From the IMG/VR virus record IMGVR_UViG_2706794597_000005, positions 9,601-73,600 of that record: a stretch of 64,000 nt of DNA, one strand, 5' to 3'. The DNA is from a virus (Duplodnaviria > Caudoviricetes). Below the pieces are notes generated by a model. That model did no database searches. It was given only the letters and a program-made list of their open reading frames with translations, and had not been told where the DNA came from. Below are positions 18,899 through 27,172 of the stretch, one piece after another (position 1 is the stretch's first letter; each line of letters starts with the position of its first letter). The position numbers and the translations under genes are program-made.

Positions 18899-20089
18899 AT
18901 GAGTGACTATCACCACGGCGTACAGGTCATCGAAATCAACGACGGTACCCGTGTCATTTCTACTGTCTCAACCGCGATTGTTGGTATGGTCTGCACGGCC
19001 AGCGATGCAGATGCAGCAACATTTCCCCTCAATGAGCCGGTGTTAATTACCAATGTACAGAGCGCCATCGCCAAAGCCGGTAAAAAAGGCACATTGGCCG
19101 CAGCATTACAGGCTATTGCTGACCAGTCGAAACCCGTCATTGTTGTTGTGCGTGTGGAGGAGGGTTCCGGCGATGATGATGAAGCCAAACTCGCGCAGAC
19201 AGTTTCCAACATCATTGGCACCACTGACGAAAACGGTAAATACACCGGCCTGAAAGCCCTACTCACCGCCGAGGCGGTCACTGGTGTTAAGCCGCGTATT
19301 CTTGGGGTACCGGGACTGGACACCAAAGAGGTCGCTGCCGCACTGGCACCAATCTGCCAGAAACTACGTGCATTTGGTTATGTCAGCGCGTGGGACTGTA
19401 AGACTGTTTCCGAAGCGAAAGCCTATCGCGAGAATTTCAACCAGCGTGAGCTGATGGTGATCTGGCCGGATTTTCTGGCATGGAATACTGCGACTAACAC
19501 GACAACTATTGCCTACGCCACCGCTCGCGCACTTGGTCTGCGTGCCAAGATCGACCATGAACAGGGCTGGCACAAAACGCTGTCTAACGTCGGCATCAAT
19601 GGCGTCACCGGTATCAGCGCCTCGGTATTCTGGGATTTACAAGAACCGGGTACTGATGCCGACCTGCTCAATGAATCCGGTGTCACCACGCTGATCCGCA
19701 AAGATGGTTTTCGTTTTTGGGGCAACCGTACCTGCGCGGATGACCCACTATTCCTATTTGAAAACTATACCCGCACCGCACAGGTTATCGCCGATACCCT
19801 GGCCGAGGGGCATAGATGGGCGGTGGATAAACCTGTCACCGCCACATTGATTCGCGACATCGTAGATGGCATCAATGCCAAATTTCGCGAGCTGAAAACT
19901 AACGGCTATATCATCGATGCAAGCTGCTGGTTTGATGAAGAAGCCAATGACGCCGAAACCCTGAAAGCCGGAAAACTGTATATTGATTATGACTATACGC
20001 CGGTACCGCCACTAGAAAACCTGACCTTACGCCAGCGTATCACCGATAAGTATCTGGCAAATCTAGTCTCCTCGGTTAACAGCAAATAA
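18899..20089 (+). CDS. FI: Tail sheath protein gpFI
   Basis: 396 aa; MSDYHHGVQV.., KPRILGVPG, GFRFWGNRT. Confidence 0.97.
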   Translation: MSDYHHGVQVIEINDGTRVISTVSTAIVGMVCTASDADAATFPLNEPVLITNVQSAIAKAGKKGTLAAALQAIADQSKPVIVVVRVEEGSGDDDEAKLAQTVSNIIGTTDENGKYTGLKALLTAEAVTGVKPRILGVPGLDTKEVAAALAPICQKLRAFGYVSAWDCKTVSEAKAYRENFNQRELMVIWPDFLAWNTATNTTTIAYATARALGLRAKIDHEQGWHKTLSNVGINGVTGISASVFWDLQEPGTDADLLNESGVTTLIRKDGFRFWGNRTCADDPLFLFENYTRTAQVIADTLAEGHRWAVDKPVTATLIRDIVDGINAKFRELKTNGYIIDASCWFDEEANDAETLKAGKLYIDYDYTPVPPLENLTLRQRITDKYLANLVSSVNSK

Positions 20090-20101
20090 GGAGCCTGAAC
20101 A

Positions 20102-20620
20102 ATGGCAATGCCACGCAAACTGAAAATGATGAATGTGTTCCTGAATGGCTACAGTTATCAGGGCGTCGCCAAGTCAATTACGTTACCCAAACTGACCCGT
20201 AAGCTCGAAAACTATCGCGGTGCGGGCATGAATGGCAGTGCTCCGGTCGATCTCGGTTTGGATGATGATGCCCTGTCAATGGAATGGTCGCTTGGCGGTT
20301 TCCCTGATGCGGTTATCTGGGAGTTGTATGCTGCCACTGGTATCAATGCGGTACCGATTCGTTTTTCTGGCTCTTACCAGCGCGATGATAGTGGCGAAAC
20401 GGTGGCCGTCGAAGTCGTGATGCGCGGTCGCCAGAAAGAGATCGACACCGGCGAAGGCAAAGAGGGAGAGGATACTGAAGCGAAAATCTCGGTGGTCTGC
20501 ACTTACTTCAAACTGACGCTGGACGGTAAAGAATTGGTCGAAATAGACACCCTCAATATGATTGAGAAGGTGAATGGCGTCGACCGCCTCGAACAGCATC
20601 GCCGCAATATCGGCCTGTAA
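20102..20620 (+). CDS. FII: Tail tube protein gpFII
   Basis: 172 aa; MAMPRKLK..YRGAGM..HRRNIGL. Confidence 0.97.
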   Translation: MAMPRKLKMMNVFLNGYSYQGVAKSITLPKLTRKLENYRGAGMNGSAPVDLGLDDDALSMEWSLGGFPDAVIWELYAATGINAVPIRFSGSYQRDDSGETVAVEVVMRGRQKEIDTGEGKEGEDTEAKISVVCTYFKLTLDGKELVEIDTLNMIEKVNGVDRLEQHRRNIGL

Positions 20621-20681
20621 TCTTTACCCGGTCAGTCAGGCTGGCCGGTTTCCCCTGACAACTAAGTGAAACGAGAAAATC

Positions 20682-20963
20682 ATGACGAAAGAAAACGAGA
20701 ATATCGTCACTTTGGAAAGCCCGGTTAAACGTGGCGGGCAGGAAGTTGCGAGTATCACCCTGATCAAACCCAATGCCGGGACCCTGCGCGGTGTCAGTCT
20801 GGCGGCAGTAGCGAACTCTGAGGTTGACGCGCTGATTAAGGTGCTGCCGCGTATGACTTATCCGTCACTGACTGAACAAGAAGTCGCCGCATTAGAACTG
20901 CCAGACCTTGTGGCACTGGCTGGTAAGGTGGTGGGTTTTTTATCGCCGAATTCGGTGCAGTAG
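20682..20963 (+). CDS. E: Tail assembly chaperone gpE
   Basis: KPNAGTLRGVSL; ends VVGFLSPNSVQ. Confidence 0.93.
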   Translation: MTKENENIVTLESPVKRGGQEVASITLIKPNAGTLRGVSLAAVANSEVDALIKVLPRMTYPSLTEQEVAALELPDLVALAGKVVGFLSPNSVQ

Positions 20964-21115
20964 ATTTCCCGAAGAAACTGTCGGTCGATGATTTGATGGC
21001 AGATATTGCCGTGATATTCCACTGGCCACCATCAGAGTTATATCCCCTGAGTCTGACTGAACTCATCACATGGCGCGAAAAAGCGCTCCAGCGAAGTGGA
21101 AATACCCATGAGTAA
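20682..21115 (+). CDS. gpE+E' programmed -1 frameshift product (slippery TTTTTTA at 20936-20942)
   Basis: The -1 frame reads ..DDLMADIAVIFHWPPSELYPLSLTELITWREKALQRSGNTHE*, the P2 E' sequence. Confidence 0.9.
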
Positions 21116-23552
21116 CAACGTTAAGTTACAGGTATTACTCAAGGCTGTTGACCAAGCAACGCGCCCGTTTAAATCCATTCAGACAGCGAGTAAATCGCTG
21201 TCTGGGGATATTCGGGAAACACAAAAATCATTACGCGAACTGAGCGGTCAGGCATCCCGTATTGAGGGATTCCGTAAGTCCAGCGCACAGCTTGCCGTCA
21301 CCGGTCAGGAGCTGAAAAGAGCAAAAGAAGAAGCTCACGCGTTAGCTATTCAATTTAGAAACACCGAACAGCCGACCCGCGCACAGGCTCAGGCGATGGA
21401 GGCCGCCCGCAAAAATGCCGCCGCTCTTCAGCTCAAACATAATAGCTTACGACAGGCAGTACAGCGCCAGCGTCAGGAACTCAGTCAGGCGGGTATTAAT
21501 ACACGCACATTGGCGGCGGATGAACGACGTCTGAAAAGCGCCATCAGCGAAACCACGGCACAGCTCAATCGTCAGCGTGAAGCGCTGGCGCGAGTCAGTG
21601 CGCAACAGGCAAAACTCAACGCGGTAAAGCAGCGCTATCAGGCGGGTAAAGAGCTGGCGGGTAATGCGGCATCAATCGGGGCTGCTGGTGTAGGGATTGC
21701 AACATCTGGCACGTTAGCCGGTGCTGCGCTGCTGAAATCCGGTTATGACTTTGCACAGAAAAACTCCGAGTTACAGGCGGTGCTCGGCGTGGCAAAAGAC
21801 TCCACAGAAATGGCGACATTACGCAAACAGGCGCGCCAACTTGGCGATAACACCGCAGCCTCTGCCGACGATGCTGCGGGTGCACAGATTATTATCGCCA
21901 AAGCGGGCGGCGATGTGGGTGCCATTCAGGCTGCAACGCCAGTCACGCTAAATATGGCTCTGGCGAATCGACGCACGATGGAGGAAAACGCCGGATTGCT
22001 GATGGGGATGAAATCAGCCTTTCAGCTTGCAAACAATAAGGTCGCGCATATAGGTGATGTGATCTCAATGGCCATGAATAAGACCGCTGCTAATTTTGAT
22101 GGCCTCAGCGATGCATTGACCTACGCCGCCCCGGTGGCGAAAAATGCCGGTGTCAGTATTGAGGAAACCGCCGCTATGGTCGGCGCACTACATGATGCAA
22201 AAATCACCGGTTCAATGGCGGGTACGGGGAGTCGTGCAGTATTGAGTCGCTTACAGGCACCGACCGGTAAGGCGTGGGATGCAATAAAAGAGCTGGGGGT
22301 AAAAACTGCCGACCCCAAAGGCAACACGCGGCCAATTTTTACCATCCTGAAAGAGATACAGGCCAGTTTTGAGAAAAACAAACTGGGTACTGCCCAACGC
22401 GCCGAATACATGAAAACTATTTTTGGCGAGGAAGCCAGCTCGGCCGCGGCGGTTTTAATGACCGCTGCGGTAACCGGTAAACTCGACCAGCTTACCGCTG
22501 CTTTTAAAGCTTCTGACGGCAAAACCGAGGAGCTGGTCAACATTATGCAGGACAACCTCGGCGGCGACTTTAAAGCATTTCAGTCGGCATATCAGGCTGT
22601 GGGGACTGACCTGTATGACCAACAGGAGTATTCACTGCGCAAACTGGTACAAACGGCCACCCAATATGTATTGAAACTGGATCTCTGGATCCAGAAAAAC
22701 AAAGGTTTGGCTCAGACATTAGGCACTATTGCTGCGGTGGAGCTTGGCGTTGTCGGCATAATTGGGGCTATTGGCCTCGTCGCGTGGCCGGTTATCACTG
22801 GTGTGAATGCCATTATCGCTGCGGCTGGCGCGCTAGGCACCGTGTTCACCTCGGTATGCGGCGCAATTATGACTGCCATTGGTACGATCAGTTGGCCGGT
22901 GGTGGCTGTTGTGGCAGCCATTGCCGCCGGAGCGTTACTTATCCGTAAATACTGGCAACCTATCAGCGCATTTTTTGGTGGTGTAGTTGCAGGACTCAAG
23001 GCAGCATTTGCACCGTTCAGTGAAATGTTCGCGCCGCTTAAGCCGATGTTTGATTCTCTCGGCGAAGGCCTGCAAAAGGTCTGGCAATGGTTTAAAGACC
23101 TCATTGCACCGGTGAAATCCAGTAAAGAAACACTCGACAGTTGTCGCAATGCAGGCGTGATATTTGGTCAGGCGCTGGCTGATGCGCTGATGCTACCGCT
23201 CAATGCCTTTAACAAATTGCGCAGTGGTATTGATTGGGTGCTGGAAAAGCTCGGTATTATCAATAAGGAATCCAGCACACTTGACCAAACTGCGACTAAA
23301 GCCAGTGCCGTGACCCAGGGCAGCTCCTACATTCCAGCGACCAGTACTTATGGTGGCTATCAGACCTATCAGCCAGTTACCGCACCTGCGGGTCGTTCTT
23401 ACGTTGACCAGAGCAAAAACGATTACCACATCACGCTCTCTGGTGACGTCTCAACGAGTGACAATCTTAACCGCCAGTTCCGCGATGCTCTCGAACAATA
23501 TGAACGGGAAAAACGCGCCCGTATGCGTGCCAGCATGACATTCGATGGATAA
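21108..23552 (+). CDS. T: Tape measure protein gpT
   Basis: 814 aa from MSNNVKLQVLLKAVD; Ala-rich; GSMAGTG motif. Confidence 0.96.
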   Translation: MSNNVKLQVLLKAVDQATRPFKSIQTASKSLSGDIRETQKSLRELSGQASRIEGFRKSSAQLAVTGQELKRAKEEAHALAIQFRNTEQPTRAQAQAMEAARKNAAALQLKHNSLRQAVQRQRQELSQAGINTRTLAADERRLKSAISETTAQLNRQREALARVSAQQAKLNAVKQRYQAGKELAGNAASIGAAGVGIATSGTLAGAALLKSGYDFAQKNSELQAVLGVAKDSTEMATLRKQARQLGDNTAASADDAAGAQIIIAKAGGDVGAIQAATPVTLNMALANRRTMEENAGLLMGMKSAFQLANNKVAHIGDVISMAMNKTAANFDGLSDALTYAAPVAKNAGVSIEETAAMVGALHDAKITGSMAGTGSRAVLSRLQAPTGKAWDAIKELGVKTADPKGNTRPIFTILKEIQASFEKNKLGTAQRAEYMKTIFGEEASSAAAVLMTAAVTGKLDQLTAAFKASDGKTEELVNIMQDNLGGDFKAFQSAYQAVGTDLYDQQEYSLRKLVQTATQYVLKLDLWIQKNKGLAQTLGTIAAVELGVVGIIGAIGLVAWPVITGVNAIIAAAGALGTVFTSVCGAIMTAIGTISWPVVAVVAAIAAGALLIRKYWQPISAFFGGVVAGLKAAFAPFSEMFAPLKPMFDSLGEGLQKVWQWFKDLIAPVKSSKETLDSCRNAGVIFGQALADALMLPLNAFNKLRSGIDWVLEKLGIINKESSTLDQTATKASAVTQGSSYIPATSTYGGYQTYQPVTAPAGRSYVDQSKNDYHITLSGDVSTSDNLNRQFRDALEQYEREKRARMRASMTFDG

Positions 23553-23566
23553 GGAGATAACACACC

Positions 23567-24046
23567 ATGATGCTCGCACTCGGTATGTTTGTTTTTATGC
23601 GGCAAACACTACCCTACCAGAATTTTCAGCGTAATGCGGAGTATCGCTGGCCGTCTAATAGTCGGGTTGGTCAGCGTGATGCTTTTCAATTTCTTGGGGT
23701 TGGCGAAGAGAAAATCACACTTGGGGGTGTGCTTTATCCCGAACTCACCGGCGGTAAAATGACCATAACTACGCTTAGACTGATGGCTGAAGAAGGTCGC
23801 GCGTGGCCATTGCTGGATGGTACCGGCATGATTTACGGTATGTATATCATTAACTCGGTGAATGAAACCGGTAGTGTGTTTTTTGTCGACGGCACCCCGC
23901 GCAAAATCGATTTTACGCTAACGCTCACCCGCGTGGATGAATCGCTTGCAGCGCTATATGGCGATATAGGTAAACAGAGCGAAACGCTCATTGGCAATAA
24001 CGGCGATATGGTCGCAAAACTGGCTGGCGCAGTGGGGGCGAATTAA
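23567..24046 (+). CDS. U: Tail protein gpU
   Basis: MMLALGMFVF..QFLG.G..GVLYPELTGG. Confidence 0.94.
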   Translation: MMLALGMFVFMRQTLPYQNFQRNAEYRWPSNSRVGQRDAFQFLGVGEEKITLGGVLYPELTGGKMTITTLRLMAEEGRAWPLLDGTGMIYGMYIINSVNETGSVFFVDGTPRKIDFTLTLTRVDESLAALYGDIGKQSETLIGNNGDMVAKLAGAVGAN

Positions 24047-25206
24047 TGTTAGATGTGCTGACAAAAGATGCGGGTAGCATATTGATGCCGGATTTTATGT
24101 TAACGCTTGATAGTCGTGATATTACCGGCAATATCAGCAACCGCTTGATAAATCTAACGCTGACTGATAATCGCGGCTTTGAAGCCGACCAGCTTGATAT
24201 TGAACTTGATGATGCCGATGGGCGGGTCGCGCTGCCGCTACGCGGTGCCGTTTTGACGCTGTTTCTCGGCTGGAAAGGATTTGCGCTGATCGATAAAGGC
24301 AACTTTACCGTTGATGAAGTGGAACATCGCGGCGCACCGGATACCGTGACCATCCGTGCCAGAAGTGCAGATTTTCGTGGAACGCTAAATTCCAGACGCG
24401 AGGAATCATGGCATGACACCACGCTCGGCGCTATCGTTGAAGCCATCGCCACGCGGAACAAACTCATTGCCAGCGTAGCTCCAGCATTAGCCTCAATTAA
24501 AATTCCGCATATCGACCAGTCGCAAGAGTCCGACGCTAAATTCCTCACTCGCCTTGCCGAACGGAACGGAGGCGAAGTCTCCGTCAAAGCGGGGAAGCTG
24601 TTGTTTCTCATAGCTGGCCGCGGCGTAACGGCCAGTGGTCACCCCATTCCACCAGTCACCCTCACCCGCAGCGACGGCGATCGGCACCAATTTGCCATCG
24701 CTGATCGGGGCGCTTACACCGGTGTTACAGCTAAGTGGTTACATACCAAAGACCCGAAGCCGCAAAAGCAAAAAGTGAAGCTCCAGCGCAAACCCAAAGA
24801 ACAGCATTTAAGGGCGTTACAACACCCCAAAGCGAAACCGGAAGCGAAGAAAAAAACCACTAAAGAGCAGGAAACGCGCGAGGGTGAATATATGGTGGGC
24901 GAAGCGGATAACGTGTTTGCCCTAACGACGGTCTATGCCACACAAGCGCAAGCCATGCGCGCCGCTCAGGCAAAATGGGATAAATTACAACGTGGTGTGG
25001 CTGAGTTTTCTATTACGTTGGCCATTGGCAGACCCGAGCTTTACCCGGAAACCCCTGTCAAAGTGAAAGGATTTAAGTCGGTGATCGATAACCAGTCGTG
25101 GATAATTACTAAAGTTATTCATTCGCTCAATAATAGCGGTTATACGACAAACCTCGAACTTGAAGTTCTATTATCAGATATAAGCTATGAAGCTACTGAT
25201 GGATAA
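24046..25206 (+). CDS. D: Baseplate hub / late control protein gpD
   Basis: DNRGFEADQLDIELDD, HIDQSQESD. Confidence 0.95.
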   Translation: MLDVLTKDAGSILMPDFMLTLDSRDITGNISNRLINLTLTDNRGFEADQLDIELDDADGRVALPLRGAVLTLFLGWKGFALIDKGNFTVDEVEHRGAPDTVTIRARSADFRGTLNSRREESWHDTTLGAIVEAIATRNKLIASVAPALASIKIPHIDQSQESDAKFLTRLAERNGGEVSVKAGKLLFLIAGRGVTASGHPIPPVTLTRSDGDRHQFAIADRGAYTGVTAKWLHTKDPKPQKQKVKLQRKPKEQHLRALQHPKAKPEAKKKTTKEQETREGEYMVGEADNVFALTTVYATQAQAMRAAQAKWDKLQRGVAEFSITLAIGRPELYPETPVKVKGFKSVIDNQSWIITKVIHSLNNSGYTTNLELEVLLSDISYEATDG

Positions 25207-25289
25207 CTTGTTGAATACAAACAGATGATTTATTCATTTGAATAATTTAAAATAGTCAATAAGCTCAAATGAACGTTGAGGTGTTTATT

Positions 25290-25508
25290 ATGATGCGATG
25301 CCCTATTTGCCGTTGCACAGCGCATACTCGCTCCAGTCGTGAAATATCTGCCGAAACTAAAGAGAGATATAATCAGTGTACCAATATTAATTGCGGACAC
25401 ACCTTTATTACAATGGAGACATTTATTCGCTCTATTATGACTCCGGGTATTATTAATAAAGTTCCGCCACATTCAACGGCTCAAAGACAATCTACGCTCA
25501 ATTTCTAA
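25290..25508 (+). CDS. ogr: Ogr/Delta zinc-finger late gene activator
   Basis: 72 aa; CPIC..RSSR..ERY.QC.N..CGHTF. Confidence 0.94.
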   Translation: MMRCPICRCTAHTRSSREISAETKERYNQCTNINCGHTFITMETFIRSIMTPGIINKVPPHSTAQRQSTLNF

Positions 25509-25522
25509 TTATATTATTTGGC

Positions 25523-25555
25523 TAAAAAACAACCTGCGAACTCGCGGGTTTTTTA
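25523..25555 (+). terminator. Terminator after ogr
   Basis: AACCTGCG-aact-CGCGGGTT followed by a T-run. Confidence 0.7.
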
Positions 25556-25565
25556 GCGTCAAAAT

Positions 25566-25649
25566 ATCGCCATTGCCACAGATTTCTGTCGCCATTTTGT
25601 CGCCACTACTTTTGGGAGTTTTAACTGAGGGTTTTGTAATTTGTTGATA
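25566..25649. promoter_or_regulatory. att-arm region: repeated TGTCGCCA (candidate integrase arm sites) and an IHF site
   Basis: tgtcgcca twice plus variants at 25566-25605; 25637-25649 reads TATCAACAAATTA on the minus strand, matching WATCAANNNNTTR. Confidence 0.6.
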
Positions 25650-25662
25650 TTTAGGGATTTGT

Positions 25663-25709
25663 TGGTGGGTCGTGCAGGGTTCGAACCTGCGACCAATTGA
25701 TTAAGAGTC
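25663..25709 (-). tRNA. 3' half of tRNA-Lys(CUU); att core, not a complete tRNA
   Basis: Minus strand GACTCTTAATCAATTGGTCGCAGGTTCGAACCCTGCACGACCCACCA: anticodon loop, T-arm and CCA of enterobacterial tRNA-Lys; 5' half absent. Confidence 0.9.
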
Positions 25710-26060
25710 CCTAGAACCACATGTAACACACTGTTTTTAAAGCCTAAAACTGCATTCACACTGTGTATTTAGGAAAACAATGACCATTTAGCGACACTTT
25801 TGCGGCACACTCTTGCGTCACGAAAATGGCACGCACCAACATCATCTCACTCAATGCTACCTTGGCGCTTTGATTGTCCGCGATATGCAATTTTTCGTCA
25901 TGCCTTGGGCACAAATCTGACACACCTATCCCCACCCTGCGATCAATAGCTGACCATAAGCATCTCAAATGCTACACTCTTGCCGTCCGTTTTTGATAGC
26001 GATGCCTCAATGACGGAACCGTATCCAGTGATAACTATTCAATTAATTAAAGAGTTTAAA

Positions 26061-27146
26061 ATGAAGCAAGAAACAGGGATTTACCTGGATAGAATCGACC
26101 ACTTACGGTTTTTTGCTGCACTTCTAGTTTTTGTCCGCCACTTCAACGGTGGATATACATTTAATGGGTCAATTGACTCTATCAGGGGAATTGTTGGTGC
26201 GATCTTCTCATATGGTGTGACTGGGGTAAGTTTATTCCTTTTTATGTCAGGATTTTTGTTTTGCATCATATGTGATGCTGGTAAAAAAGATATAAATTAT
26301 TCTGGTTTTATGAGAAACAGAATATTAAGAATATTTCCACTTCTTACGTTTTCTATGTTTATAGTAATAAGTATGAGCGCTGGAACTTCATCGCCAATGG
26401 ATATATTTAGGCTTCTAACGCTACAGCTTAATACTGGAGGAATCAGCTGGGGAGTTGATAAATTCAATCTTTGGCCTATATGGACAATTGCTGTTGAATT
26501 TCAATTTTATCTAATATTCCCATTTATAATACGAGCATTTAAAAATGGCGGATATAAATATATAATTTCTCTAATGGTATTGATGTTAATAATTAGGCTG
26601 ATAATAATAGAGACATATCAGGCCAAATCTGGAGATATATTTTATAATTCACTAATAGGCAGGCTTGACCAGTTTTTGGTGGGTATTATTTTTGGGAAAA
26701 TGTATTTGAATGGATGCTTTTCTTGGTGTAAAAGAAAGATAATGGCAATACCCACAATGATTATTTGTTTGATTCTTATATTTTGCTATTTCTACTTAAG
26801 AAAACCATACATGAATTACGCCAATAGCCTTGGTTTCATTTTTGAAGCTTTACTGTGGGGTTTATTTGCAATGGGATATATTTCAATGTCAGGAGTGATA
26901 AATAGAACAATAAATACTATCCTTTCAAAGTTGGGAGAGATAAGTTTTTCATTCTACTTACTTCACTTCCCTGTTATGGTTGCTGTAATTAGCTATTTTA
27001 AAGTTAACTTTCAATCTCAGTATAGCGAAAATGGATTGGCTGTAACGTTATTAATTGGGCTTCCTTGCGTGATATTTGTTTCATCATTATCTTATTATGT
27101 TATTGAAAAGCCTTTTCTTGGAATGAGAAAAAAGTATAGCAAATAA
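26061..27146 (+). CDS. Acyltransferase 3 family membrane protein, probable O-antigen acetyltransferase
   Basis: RIDHLRFFAALLVF..H, GVSLFLFMSGFL, RILRIFP, WTIAVEFQFYL, GEISFSFYLLH; about 10 TM; no SGNH domain; AT-rich; convergent with the tailspike. Confidence 0.9.
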   Translation: MKQETGIYLDRIDHLRFFAALLVFVRHFNGGYTFNGSIDSIRGIVGAIFSYGVTGVSLFLFMSGFLFCIICDAGKKDINYSGFMRNRILRIFPLLTFSMFIVISMSAGTSSPMDIFRLLTLQLNTGGISWGVDKFNLWPIWTIAVEFQFYLIFPFIIRAFKNGGYKYIISLMVLMLIIRLIIIETYQAKSGDIFYNSLIGRLDQFLVGIIFGKMYLNGCFSWCKRKIMAIPTMIICLILIFCYFYLRKPYMNYANSLGFIFEALLWGLFAMGYISMSGVINRTINTILSKLGEISFSFYLLHFPVMVAVISYFKVNFQSQYSENGLAVTLLIGLPCVIFVSSLSYYVIEKPFLGMRKKYSK

Positions 27147-27169
27147 AAACCGCCCATTACAGGGCGGTA
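27146..27169. terminator. Terminator between the convergent acyltransferase and tailspike genes
   Basis: aaaaACCGCCC-attaca-GGGCGGT. Confidence 0.7.
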
Positions 27170-27172
27170 TAA

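Larger units (their letters stand above)
1..25662. mobile_element. P2/186-like prophage, late region to ogr/att end (int, replication genes and cos lie left of the window)
   Basis: Complete P2 gene order Q-P / O-N-M-L-X-Y-K-lysB-lysC-R-S / V-W-J-I-H-G / FI-FII-E-T-U-D-ogr, ending at a tRNA 3' fragment. Confidence 0.97.

Noticed and set aside
25663-25709. Complete tRNA, or an amber suppressor that could rescue the Q stop
   Set aside because: The 5' acceptor strand and D-arm are absent, and the anticodon is CTT (Lys), not CTA
25559-25968. Two short minus-strand ORFs across the att site
   Set aside because: They overlap the tRNA fragment and arm-type repeats; no clear RBS or motif
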